A stretch of DNA of 64,000 nt, taken from contig NZ_JAQNDL010000003.1 of assembly GCF_028368995.1 (NCBI RefSeq), positions 1,536,001 through 1,600,000 on the forward strand. Direction: 5' to 3'. The position numbers and the translations under genes are program-made. Below, piece after piece: positions 1 to 9,742 of this stretch; position 1 is the first letter of the stretch, and the number at the start of each line of letters is the position of its first letter. Origin of the DNA: Nannocystis bainbridge (GTDB taxonomy: Bacteria > Myxococcota_A > Polyangia > Nannocystales > Nannocystaceae). The notes beneath the pieces were generated by a model. It saw nothing but the letters and a program-made list of their open reading frames with translations. It had not been told where the DNA came from and searched no databases.

Positions 1-72
1 ACGCCGGGCTCACGCGGCCTCCGCGGGCGTGGACGCTGCGAGATCTCTCCGCTATCGTCGCCGCGGTTCTTC

Positions 73-1398
73 ATGCTCGACCTCTCGCTCCGCCGTCGAC
101 TGCAGGCCCCTGGCAACATGCTGCAGTTCGCCTGGCGGCCGCAGCAGTTCATCGCGCGTCACACCACGGCCGCGCCGATCCACCAGGTAGCGATGCCGGG
201 CGCCTCGCCCTTCTTCGTCGCCGACCCCGAGCTCATCGACGAGGTCCTGGTCGGCCGCAGCAAGCTGTTCATCAAGGACCGCTTCACCCGCGAGCTGTCG
301 CTCGTCGTCGGCAACGGCCTGCTCGTCAGCGACGGCGACTTCTGGCGGCGCCAGCGGCGGCTGGCCCAGCCGGCCTTCCACCGCGAGCGCATCGCCGCTT
401 ACGGCGCGATCATGGTCGACCACGCCGAGCGCCTCGCGTCGACCTGGCGCGAAGGACAGGTGCTCGACATCCACGCGGCGATGATGCGCCTCACCCTCGA
501 CATCGTCGCCGACACCCTGTTCTCCACCGGCGTCGACCGGGCCATCGCCGAGACCATCGGCGACGCGCTCGACGTCATCATGGCCCGCTTCTCCGACCCG
601 ACCTTCGCCTTCTTGCCGTGGCTCGCCGACCTGCCGCTGGCCAAGAACCGCCGCTTCCGCGAGGCACGCACGCGCATCGACGGCGCCATCCGCGGCATCG
701 TCACCGCCCGCCGCGCGAGCGGCCGCGACGAGGGCGACCTGCTGTCGATGCTGCTGCGCGCGCGCGACGACGAGGGCGGGCAGATGAGCGACGAGCAGCT
801 GCGCGACGAGGCGTTCATCCTGTTCGTCGCCGGCCACGAGACCACCGCGCTGGCGCTGACCTGGACGTGGATGCTGCTGTCGCAGCACCCGGAGGCGTGG
901 GCCAAGCTGCGCGCCGAGCTCGATCACGTGCTCGGCGACCGGCCGCCGACGCTCGCCGACGTCCCGGCGCTGCGCTACACCGATTGGGTCGTGCACGAGA
1001 GCATGCGGCTGTACCCGCCGGCGTGGAGCATCGGCCGCGAGGCGCTCGAAGACCTCGAGCTCGGCGGCGTCGCCGTCCCGCGCGGCGCCCAGCTGTGGAT
1101 GTTCCAGTGGGCCGCCCACCGCGATCCGCGGCACTTCCCGCGGCCCGAGGCGTTCGAGCCCGAGCGGTGGGACGGCGACCTCGCGCGACGGATCCCCCGC
1201 TTCGCCTACTTCCCGTTCGGCGGCGGCCCGCGCCTGTGCATCGGCAACAACTTCGCCTCGCTCGAGCTCGTGCTGGTGCTCGCCAGCCTGGCCCGTCGCT
1301 GGCGCCCGGTCGTCCGCGCCGCCGATCGCCCGCGCCCGCAGTTCTCGATCACGCTGCGGCCTGTCGGCGGCATGCGGGCGACGTTGCAGCGGCGCTGA
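73..1398 (+). CDS. Cytochrome P450
   Basis: I-helix AGHETT, K-helix ESMR (ExxR), PERW and haem-thiolate motif FGGGPRLCIG. Confidence 0.97.
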   Translation: MLDLSLRRRLQAPGNMLQFAWRPQQFIARHTTAAPIHQVAMPGASPFFVADPELIDEVLVGRSKLFIKDRFTRELSLVVGNGLLVSDGDFWRRQRRLAQPAFHRERIAAYGAIMVDHAERLASTWREGQVLDIHAAMMRLTLDIVADTLFSTGVDRAIAETIGDALDVIMARFSDPTFAFLPWLADLPLAKNRRFREARTRIDGAIRGIVTARRASGRDEGDLLSMLLRARDDEGGQMSDEQLRDEAFILFVAGHETTALALTWTWMLLSQHPEAWAKLRAELDHVLGDRPPTLADVPALRYTDWVVHESMRLYPPAWSIGREALEDLELGGVAVPRGAQLWMFQWAAHRDPRHFPRPEAFEPERWDGDLARRIPRFAYFPFGGGPRLCIGNNFASLELVLVLASLARRWRPVVRAADRPRPQFSITLRPVGGMRATLQRR

Positions 1399-1634
1399 GG
1401 GCCGCGGGGCGCGGCGGCGGGCTCGCAACGCGGCGATCGTCGGGCGGAGGCCGCGCCCGCGATCGATCGCCGCAGCCTCGCGTCGCTACCCCTACATCCG
1501 CCGCGAAGATCCTCCGCGCTCGCACCAGGCGGCTTCTTCGCCTGGCTCGATGTGGTTGAACGCCCGGGGGCCTGCCCCATGGTTCTACCGTGCGTCACCA
1601 GTCCCCGGGGACAGGCGACCGGAGGGGAGGTGTC

Positions 1635-3059
1635 ATGGCCGCAGTCCGCGTATTTCACGTCCGTCGGCCGCGCTGGCGCCGACCCTTGACGATCGCCGCG
1701 ATCGCGCTCGCCGCCGTGATCGCCATCGTCGGCCTGGTCCCGTGGTCATGCGCCTCGCGCCCGGGCGATCGCGCCTCGCTCAATCGCGAGGTCACCGCCG
1801 CCGCCGCCGTCGACGCCGACGACCTCGCCCGCGGCCGCCGCGACTTCTACGCCGAGGACTTCGGCAACGAGGTGTTCTTCAGCGACGTCATGGGCGTGCT
1901 GCGCGGCCCGCTGCGGGCCTGGCCGGCCGCGCGGGCGCTGTTCAAGCTGCGCGGCGCCGGCACCACCGACCTCGAGATCGAGCTCGCCGAGGACCTCACG
2001 ATCGGCGGCCAGACCTTCGCGCGCGGCAGCAAGCTCGGCACCGGCCTCGACGTCGCCGCCGGCTCGTTCTTGCCGCTCGGCGTGGTCGTGCACATGTCGC
2101 GCTACGAGCTCCGCGTCGGCATCACCTGCGCCCTGTGTCACTCGACCGTCGACCCCGAGACGAAGCAGGTGATCCACGGCGCCGCCAACAGCGACCTGCA
2201 GGCCGGCCTGCTGGTCGCGCTCGCGCCCAACAGCGCGGCCTTCCGCGCCCACACCGACATCGCGCCGCTCCCCGATCTCGCAGCCGTCGAGGCCGCCGTC
2301 GATCGCACGCTCGCGGCGTGGCCTCCGGGCAGCTTCGACGCCACCCTCGACGGTGCCGCCAATCCGACGCGGATCCCCGATGTCTTCGTCCACGAAGAGG
2401 CCCCCTATGGTTGGACCGGCTCCTCGCGCGCCGGGCCGCTGTCGGGCCTCGCCCTCTACATCAACGGACCGACCGCGCTGCACGCCGTCAGCGCGCCCTA
2501 CGTCGAGCCGCCGGAGTGGCAGCGGATCGTCGCCATGGCCGCGTGGCAGGACGCGTTGCGTCCGCCCGAGGTCGTCGTCGACGCCGCGGCCGCGGCTCGC
2601 GGGCGCCAGGTGTTCACCCGCGCCGGCTGCGAGCGCTGCCACGCGGGTCCTGCCTACACCACCCAATCGGTGCTCCCGCACGCCCGCGTCGGCACCGACC
2701 CCGCCCGCGCCAATGGCCAGAGTGGCTACAAGATTCCCGGCCTCGTCGGCCTGTGGTGGAGCGCCCCGTACCTGCACGACGGCGGCGTCGCCGTCGCCCC
2801 CGGCGAGAGCGTCGTCGGCGTCGGCAACATCCGCGCCCGCGGCTTCCCGCTCGACCCGCGCGCCAGCCTGCGCGCGCTCCTCGACCGCGAGCTGCGGGCC
2901 CGCGTGATCGCGGCCAACCACGCCGACACCGCGCGCTGGGAGCTGCACGTGCGCGGCGTCGGCCACGAGTTTTGGGTCGACCCCGGCGCCGGCTTCACCC
3001 CGGCCGAACAGGGCGCCCTCGTCGAGCATTTGTTGTCGCTGCGGATCCCCGGCGGCTGA
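1635..3059 (+). CDS. Membrane-anchored or secreted di-haem c-type cytochrome (CCP/MauG/Rox superfamily-like)
   Basis: N-terminal hydrophobic helix, two CxxCH motifs (CALCH, CERCH), APYLHDG motif and C-terminal GHEF. ATG at 1635 follows GGAGG. Confidence 0.8.
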   Translation: MAAVRVFHVRRPRWRRPLTIAAIALAAVIAIVGLVPWSCASRPGDRASLNREVTAAAAVDADDLARGRRDFYAEDFGNEVFFSDVMGVLRGPLRAWPAARALFKLRGAGTTDLEIELAEDLTIGGQTFARGSKLGTGLDVAAGSFLPLGVVVHMSRYELRVGITCALCHSTVDPETKQVIHGAANSDLQAGLLVALAPNSAAFRAHTDIAPLPDLAAVEAAVDRTLAAWPPGSFDATLDGAANPTRIPDVFVHEEAPYGWTGSSRAGPLSGLALYINGPTALHAVSAPYVEPPEWQRIVAMAAWQDALRPPEVVVDAAAAARGRQVFTRAGCERCHAGPAYTTQSVLPHARVGTDPARANGQSGYKIPGLVGLWWSAPYLHDGGVAVAPGESVVGVGNIRARGFPLDPRASLRALLDRELRARVIAANHADTARWELHVRGVGHEFWVDPGAGFTPAEQGALVEHLLSLRIPGG

Positions 3060-3618
3060 GCGCCGACGAATTCCGGGTCCATCGTCCCACGAGGATCGTC
3101 CAGACTCCGCGAATTCGCGGCCCGCGAATCATCCGACCGCGATGACCTGCGCCTCCGCCTCGCTGCGCGCCCGCCAATCGACGGAGTCGCCATTCGCATC
3201 GGCGCTGCTCCGCCCGTGCGGTCCCCGCGCCCGCGGTCTTCGGGCGCCATGTCTCGAAGGACAGCTGAACGGCGGCGATCACGCTTGTCGGAGCGCCGAC
3301 CGAGTCGCCTCGCGATCGCGTGTGCGGAATGACCAATGTCTGGCGCCCGCAGGGCCTGCGTTCGCCCCGGTGATTGCCGCGCATGTATGCTCGTTCACAA
3401 GATTTGCTCGCCGACGCGATCGCCGACGCGGCCCCGCGAAAACGCGCAGCGGTGGGCCCAGGGCCCGTGATGCGGCTGCGGACTGAACATTCGCTCCTGG
3501 TCGTTGCATCGGCAAGTTCACCCCAGCGGCAGGCCCCATCTGGGGCTCTTGCGGCGTGTTCTGCCTCATGCGCGATTGCGCGCCCCACGCGGTTTTGCCG
3601 GCGTATCCTCGCGTCCGG

Positions 3619-5028
3619 ATGCTTCCCCGTGTGCGCCGCGACGACACCACTCTCGAGCGCCAGCTGTGGCTCGCGGCCAACAAGCTCCGGCATCACCTCG
3701 ATGCGGCGGCTTACAAGCACATCGTGCTCGGGCTCGTATTTTTGCGCTGGGCCTCGAGCAGCTGGCCGGCGATCACCGCCGCGAGCAGCAGCCCCGACCT
3801 GGGCAAGCGCCTCGACGACGCGCTGCTGGCCCTCGAGCGCAGCGACGTCGCGCTGCACGGCGTGCTCACCCCTCGCTACGAGCGCTCGGGCCTCGACCCC
3901 GCCTGTCTCAAGGAGCTGGTCGGTCTGGTCGGCAGCGTCGACATCGCCGGCGACCGCGACCTGCTCGGGCGGATCTACGAATATTTCCTCGCCGAGTTCG
4001 CCAGCGCCGAGGGCCGCAAGGGCGGGCAGTTTTACACCCCGCGCGGCGTCGTCCAGCTGCTCGTCGCCATGCTCGCCCCGCGGTCCGGGCGCGTCTACGA
4101 CCCCTGCTGCGGCAGCGGCGGCATGTTCGTGCACAGCGCTCACGCCGGCATCAATCTGTTCGGACAGGAGTCGAATCCGACCACCTGGCGGCTGGCGAAG
4201 ATGAACCTCGCGCTGCGCGGCTTGCAGGGCGACCTCGGCCCCGGGCCCGGCGACACCTTGCGCCGCGACCTCCACCCCGACTTGCGGGCCGAGTACATCC
4301 TCGCCAACCCGCCGTTCAACGCCAGCGCGTGGGGCGAGCCGGACTCTGGCGATACCCGCTGGCGCTACGGCCAGCCGCCGTCGCGCTGCGCCAACTTCGC
4401 GTGGGTCCAGCACGTCCTGCATCACCTCGCCCCGCGCGGCGTCGCCGGGGTCGTGCTCGCGTGCGGCAGCCTGAGCTCGCGCCGCTCGGGCGAGGGCGAC
4501 ATTCGCCGCGCCATCGTCGAGGCCGACAAGCTCGACTGCGTGGTCGCCCTGCCGTCGCAGCTGTTCTACGCCACCTCGATCCCCGCCTGCCTGTGGATCT
4601 TCGCCGACGACAGGCGCGGCGGCGACGGCCGCTCGCGCCAGGGCGAGGTCCTCTTCGTCGACGCGCGCCACCTCGGCACCATGGTCACTCGCACCATGCG
4701 CGAGCTGTCGCGCGCCGACATCGAAGCGATCGCCGGCACCTATCGCGCCTGGCGCGGCGACTCCGAGGTCGCCGCGACCGAAGGCGAGCCGCCGCGACCG
4801 GTCGAGGTCGCCGGCTTCTCGCGCGCCGTCGACCTCGCCGAGATCGCGCGTCAGGAGTTCGTGCTCACGCCCGGGCGTTACGTCGGCGCTGCCGCCGAAC
4901 CGGCGCCCTCCGAGCCCTACGCCGAGCGCATGCGACGGCTCGCCGGGACGCTCGACGCCCAGCTCGTCACCGCCGCCGAGCTCGATCGCAAGCTCCGCGA
5001 CCTCGTGCGGGAGCTCGACCATGAGTGA
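3619..5028 (+). CDS. hsdM: Type I restriction-modification methyltransferase subunit (m6A)
   Basis: LWxAANKLR N-terminus, GQFYTP, VYDPCCGSGG (SAM binding), catalytic NPPF, C-terminal LTPGRYVG. Start is approximate. Confidence 0.95.
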   Translation: MLPRVRRDDTTLERQLWLAANKLRHHLDAAAYKHIVLGLVFLRWASSSWPAITAASSSPDLGKRLDDALLALERSDVALHGVLTPRYERSGLDPACLKELVGLVGSVDIAGDRDLLGRIYEYFLAEFASAEGRKGGQFYTPRGVVQLLVAMLAPRSGRVYDPCCGSGGMFVHSAHAGINLFGQESNPTTWRLAKMNLALRGLQGDLGPGPGDTLRRDLHPDLRAEYILANPPFNASAWGEPDSGDTRWRYGQPPSRCANFAWVQHVLHHLAPRGVAGVVLACGSLSSRRSGEGDIRRAIVEADKLDCVVALPSQLFYATSIPACLWIFADDRRGGDGRSRQGEVLFVDARHLGTMVTRTMRELSRADIEAIAGTYRAWRGDSEVAATEGEPPRPVEVAGFSRAVDLAEIARQEFVLTPGRYVGAAAEPAPSEPYAERMRRLAGTLDAQLVTAAELDRKLRDLVRELDHE

Positions 5029-6280
5029 GCGGCGCCTGAGCACCCTCGGCGCGCTCGGGCGCATCGTCATCGGCGGCACCCCGCCGGCCGACGACCCGGC
5101 GCATTTCGGCGGCCCGATCCCCTTCATCACCCCGACCGACCTCGACGGCCGGCGCAACATCGACGGGGCCACGCGCACGCTCACCGAGCTCGGCGCGCGC
5201 ATGATCGGCGCCTCGCGGGTGCCCAAGGGCAGCGTCCTCTTGACCTGCATCGGCGCCGACCTCGGCAAGACCGCCTGCACCGGCGTCGACGCTGCCATCA
5301 ATCAGCAATTGGCCGCCCTCGTCGTCGATCCGCCCAATTGCCCGCGCTACGTCTATTACGACCTGCGCGCTCGCCAGCGCGAGCTGCGGGCCGCCGCCGG
5401 CGGCTCGGCCCAGCCGATCCTCACCAAATCGGGGCTCGTGCGGATCCCCATCGTCTTGCCGCCGCCGCGCCGTCAGCAGGCGATCGTCGAGGCGCTCGGG
5501 GCCCTCGACGACAAGGTCGAGCTCAACCACCGCCTGTGCGTCACTCTGGCCGAGATCGCGGGCGCCCGCTTCCGGGCCCAGTTCGTCGACCTCGAAGCCC
5601 CGCCCGACTGGAAGCACGTCCGCCTCGGCGAGCTGTTCGACCTCGACAAGGGCCTGTCGTACCGCGGCGAACTGCTCGGCGACACCGGCATGCGCTTGCT
5701 CGGCCTCGGGGACTTCGGCGCCCGCCCCGAGCTCGACGCCGAGGACGTCCCGCGGCGCTACGGCGGCCGGCATCAATCACGGCACATGGTCGTCCCCGGC
5801 GACATCCTGATCGCCAACACCGACCTCACCCAGCGCCGCGAGCTGCTCGGCGCCCCGCTGCGGGTCCCTCACCTCGGCGAGAGTCCGGTGCTTTTCTCGC
5901 ACCACGCCTTCGCCGTGCGGTTTTTGCCTGGCCGCGAGGGCTGGCGCGAGTTCGTCTACTTCGCCCTCCAGCAGCCCGAGTTCCGCGCCCGCGCGGCCGG
6001 TTTCGCCTCGGGCACCACCGTGCTCGCGTTGCCGCGCGACGCCGTCCTCGATCACACCATCGCCCTGCCGCCCGAGCGGCTGCGCCAGGCCTTCAGCGAC
6101 GTCACGCGGCCGTTGCTCGCGCGCATCGACCACGCCAAGCAGGAGTCGCGCGCGCTCGTCGAATTGCGCGAGCACCTGCTCCCCGCGCTGGTCTCCGGCG
6201 CCCTCGCCCCGCCGCAATTCGGCGACTCGCGGCCCGTCTCTGAGCTCGCCCTCGACGCGATCGCCGACAGCCGACAATGA
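5021..6280 (+). CDS. hsdS: Type I restriction-modification specificity subunit
   Basis: Overlaps the hsdM stop. Two TRD-like halves (GGTP...GSAQP; GDIL...SGTT) with conserved-region motifs LPP..Q..I...L..LDDK.ELN and LREHLLPALVSG. Confidence 0.92.
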   Translation: MSERRLSTLGALGRIVIGGTPPADDPAHFGGPIPFITPTDLDGRRNIDGATRTLTELGARMIGASRVPKGSVLLTCIGADLGKTACTGVDAAINQQLAALVVDPPNCPRYVYYDLRARQRELRAAAGGSAQPILTKSGLVRIPIVLPPPRRQQAIVEALGALDDKVELNHRLCVTLAEIAGARFRAQFVDLEAPPDWKHVRLGELFDLDKGLSYRGELLGDTGMRLLGLGDFGARPELDAEDVPRRYGGRHQSRHMVVPGDILIANTDLTQRRELLGAPLRVPHLGESPVLFSHHAFAVRFLPGREGWREFVYFALQQPEFRARAAGFASGTTVLALPRDAVLDHTIALPPERLRQAFSDVTRPLLARIDHAKQESRALVELREHLLPALVSGALAPPQFGDSRPVSELALDAIADSRQ

Positions 6281-6334
6281 CGGTGGCAGGCGACCTGCCC
6301 GCAGTGTCCATGGCACGACGCGCGCAGGACGTAA

Positions 6335-7459
6335 TCAGTACGTCACCCCGAGGTGCTTCTCGGCGCACCCCGAGCACACGTCGGGCTTGAATCGCCACTC
6401 CGGCGACGTGGTCTCGCGGCAGTAGGAGCACACGGTGAACTTCGCCCGCCGCGCCGCTGCCGCCGCTTCGATGGCGGGGCGCACGGCTTCCAGCCGCGCG
6501 ACCGGATCGGCGGGCAGCTCGTGCCAGCGCCAGCGCGCGCGCAACCCGTGGGCCCGCTCGGGCGTGTGAGGCCCGGGCCAGCGAATCGCGAAGTCCCGCA
6601 CTTCCAGGGCCTCCGCGTCGGCCCGCACCACCACCTCGACCGGCGCACCGGCCTCGAGCAACGAAGCGCCCTCGGCCAGCATCGCCGGTTCGCAAGGTTT
6701 GTCCTCGCCCCGTACCGCCGCCTGGCCGCCCGCAGCAGCGACGCGTTCGATCACCACGCGCGCCTCGTCGCCGTCGAGCGTCTCGAGCAGCACACACGGC
6801 AACGCTTCCAGCATGTCCCTCGCGCTCCGCAGGTTGCATCCGACGATATCGCGGATCAGGCGGATCGCGGCCGGTCGGCCGGGCGGAGGTACGCGCAATT
6901 CGACGACGCGTTCGCGGCACTCCGGATTGCGCTGATGATTCGTACACCAGTAGAAGGGCGACACCCACGCGTTGAGTTCGTCGTCGCCGTCGTGCACCGC
7001 GATCTCCAGCACCGGCCCGGGCAGCGCCCAGCGCAGCGACTGCAGCAGCGTCGCCGCGACGTTGTCGAGCTCCAGGCCCGCGGGCAGCGGCTGCAGGTCG
7101 GCCTCCCGGAGCCCGCCTGCGAGCAGCGTGGGCGGCTCACCCGGGCGCCTCGCCGGCCGCCACGGGTACAATCGCCGGTGGCTGAGGGCCCCCACGCGGG
7201 CCACCCAGGCCGGATCGAGGCCTCGCGCGAGCTCGTCCAGCGCCGCCTGCCGGTCGCGGAACTCCGCTTCGCGGCCCGGGACGACCGGGTGGCCGAGGCG
7301 CGAGCGCGGCGCGCGAATCCGGGTCTCGGCCAGCGCCGCGTCGAGGGCCAGGAATTTCCCGCGAGGATCTCCGTGATCGATCAGCGCGACCGAGCAGGCT
7401 GCTCGCACCCGCCGGTCGAGGGGCGCACCCGCCAGCGCGATCATCAGTGCCTCGTGCAT
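6335..7459 (-). CDS. Mosaic hypothetical protein: TIGR02996-like N-terminus, L7/L12-CTD-like middle, C-terminal Zn ribbon
   Basis: GDPRGKFLAL; AAIRLIRDIVGCNLRSARDMLE...AAGGQAAV; CSYC...CSGC. Domain calls are by recalled resemblance. Confidence 0.65.
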   Translation of the reverse strand: MHEALMIALAGAPLDRRVRAACSVALIDHGDPRGKFLALDAALAETRIRAPRSRLGHPVVPGREAEFRDRQAALDELARGLDPAWVARVGALSHRRLYPWRPARRPGEPPTLLAGGLREADLQPLPAGLELDNVAATLLQSLRWALPGPVLEIAVHDGDDELNAWVSPFYWCTNHQRNPECRERVVELRVPPPGRPAAIRLIRDIVGCNLRSARDMLEALPCVLLETLDGDEARVVIERVAAAGGQAAVRGEDKPCEPAMLAEGASLLEAGAPVEVVVRADAEALEVRDFAIRWPGPHTPERAHGLRARWRWHELPADPVARLEAVRPAIEAAAAARRAKFTVCSYCRETTSPEWRFKPDVCSGCAEKHLGVTY

Positions 7460-7757
7460 CTCGCGACCTTACTCGAGCGGCTCGAACCCGAGAAGTCGCG
7501 GCCGCCGTGAAGTGCCGCCCAGGACCCGCGATTCGTGCGTCGCCTCGCCCGTGCGATCCGCATCACCCGGATGGCGAGAGCGCCGATCTGCCGCCGACGC
7601 CACCCGCGCGCCCCCCGCAGGCGCGCGCTCGCGGCCGCGAGGATTTGGACGAATCGGTCGCCGGTGCCTCGTGGCGGCGAGCGCTCGCCGCCGACCTCGT
7701 CACCTCTCGGGCGCCGCCTGCGACTCGGCGTACCTTCAGCGATGGAGCCTGATTGTC

Positions 7758-9473
7758 ATGTCTCGAGCGACAACGATCGCCGTCATGGCCCTCTGCGCCT
7801 GCGGTCGGCGCGGCGGCGACGGCGTCACCGATCCGGAGGCCGGCGCGACGAGCAGCCATCTCGCCGCCATCGGCGACCCGGGCAGCGGCGAATCGTGGAG
7901 CTTGAAGTCGCTGGCGCGCGGGGCCGTGTTGTTCGACGACCTCGGCGACCACCGCCGGCCCGTCACCACCCAATCACCCCAGGCGCAGGCCTTCTTCGAT
8001 CAGGGCCTCAACCTCCTCTATGGATTCAACCACGACGAGGCCGCGCGCTCGTTCGCCCGCGCCGTCGAGCTCGACCCGGGCTGCGCCATGTGTCTGTGGG
8101 GAGTCGCCTACGCGCTCGGCCCCAATTACAACATCCCGATGCTGCCCGACCGCGCCCACGCCGCCTGGGACGCCGTCACGCGGGCGCAGCAGCACGCGCA
8201 ATACGGGCGGCCGGTGGAGCTCGCGCTGGTGGCCGCGCTGGCGCGCCGGTTCAAGGGCTCCGACTACGCCCCGCCGGCCGAGATGCAGGTCTACAACCGG
8301 ATCTACGCCGACGAGATGCGCGACGTCGCCAGGCGATTCCCCGACGACCTCGACGTCCAGGTGCTGTTCGCGGAAGCGTTGATGAACGTCGAACCGTGGC
8401 GGCTTTGGAGCAACGAGGGCGTCGCGGCGCCGGGCACGCCGGAGATCGTCGAGACCCTCGAATCGGTGCTCGCGCGCGACGAATCGCACCCTGGCGCCAA
8501 TCATTTCTACATCCACGCCCTCGAGGCCTCGGCCCGGCCCGAGCGGGCGATCGGCGCCGCCGACCGCTTGCCCGCCTTGATGCCCGGGGCCGGACACATG
8601 GTTCACATGCCGGCCCACATCTATCAACGGGTCGGCCGCTACGGCGACGCCGCCGAGGCCAACCGGCGCGCGGTCCAGGTCGATCAGCGCTACCTCGCCC
8701 GCGTCGAGCCGATCGGCTATTACACGTTCTACCTGGCCCACAATTACGGCTTCCTCGCCTACGCCGCCGCCATGCTGGGGCGCAGCGCCGAATCGCTCGA
8801 GGCCGCGCGCAAGTCGGCCGAGCACATGCCGCGCGACATCGTGTGCGGCATGCCTGGCATGGACTTCTTCCTGGCCGAGCCGTTCTTCGTGATGGTCCGC
8901 TTCGGCCGCTGGGACGAGGTCTTCGGGGCCTCCAAGCCCGACCCGAAGCACCGCACCCTGGTCGCCCTGTGGCACCACGCGCGGGGCATGGCGCTGGCGG
9001 CGAACGACGAGATCGAGGGCGCCTACGCCGAGGCCATGCAGATCCGCGACATCTTGCGCGAGCTGCCCGACGATCAGCTCGCCGGCCTCAATCAGGGCAG
9101 GCGGGTGCTGCAGCTCGCGGCCGACGTGGTCGAGGCGCGCGCCGCCGAGGCCGAGCGTTCGCCCGAGGCGATCGCCCGGTGGGAGCGGGCCGTCGCGCTG
9201 GCCGACACCCTCGCCTACAACGAGCCCCCCGATTGGTTCTATCCGTTGCGTCACTACCTCGGCGCCGCCCTCCTCGACGCCGGGCGCGCGCGCGAAGCCG
9301 AGGCCGTCTATCGGGCCGACCTGGCGCGCCACCCCAACAACGGGTGGGCCTACTTCGGCCTGTGGAAGTCGCTGGCGGCGCAAAAGAAGAGGGCCGCCGC
9401 CAGGCGGGCCGAGCGCGACTACCACGACGCGTGGGCGTCCGCCGACTTCGAGCTCGAGCGGACCGCCTTCTGA
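7758..9473 (+). CDS. TPR-containing lipoprotein
   Basis: Lipobox-like ALCAC; AQAFFDQGL...FNHDEAARSF, HPGANHFYIH, HMPAHIY and YNEPPDW motifs typical of a widespread TPR family. Confidence 0.85.
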   Translation: MSRATTIAVMALCACGRRGGDGVTDPEAGATSSHLAAIGDPGSGESWSLKSLARGAVLFDDLGDHRRPVTTQSPQAQAFFDQGLNLLYGFNHDEAARSFARAVELDPGCAMCLWGVAYALGPNYNIPMLPDRAHAAWDAVTRAQQHAQYGRPVELALVAALARRFKGSDYAPPAEMQVYNRIYADEMRDVARRFPDDLDVQVLFAEALMNVEPWRLWSNEGVAAPGTPEIVETLESVLARDESHPGANHFYIHALEASARPERAIGAADRLPALMPGAGHMVHMPAHIYQRVGRYGDAAEANRRAVQVDQRYLARVEPIGYYTFYLAHNYGFLAYAAAMLGRSAESLEAARKSAEHMPRDIVCGMPGMDFFLAEPFFVMVRFGRWDEVFGASKPDPKHRTLVALWHHARGMALAANDEIEGAYAEAMQIRDILRELPDDQLAGLNQGRRVLQLAADVVEARAAEAERSPEAIARWERAVALADTLAYNEPPDWFYPLRHYLGAALLDAGRAREAEAVYRADLARHPNNGWAYFGLWKSLAAQKKRAAARRAERDYHDAWASADFELERTAF

Positions 9474-9742
9474 TCGCAGGTCGGCAATCGTCATACCTCG
9501 CCCCGGGCGGAACCGCGCCGGCAATGCGGCGCGGCAATGGACGAATGGCTCGCTGACCACAATCGAGTCATGCGTGGACCTGGGGCCTCCGGGCGATTCG
9601 CTGCAGCGTGCGGACGGCCTCGCCGGGCCGATCGGGCGCCAGCGGACACATGCACGCAGCAACTGTCCGCGTGCCGGCATCGGCATCACTGTCTCGTGCG
9701 ATTGCGATGGATGTTTCTACATGGATCGTGTAACCTCGGAGT

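Noticed and set aside
3060-3618. ncRNA or small gene upstream of hsdM (palindrome CCGCGAATTCGCGG at 3107-3120)
   Set aside because: An isolated short palindrome, with no recognisable RNA family or credible ORF.
3619-6280. TGTC-N6-GACA as the target of the orphan HsdMS
   Set aside because: The bipartite spacing is suggestive, but HsdS has two dissimilar TRDs, which predicts an asymmetric site. R-M targets are also not expected to form phased arrays. A methylome would settle it.
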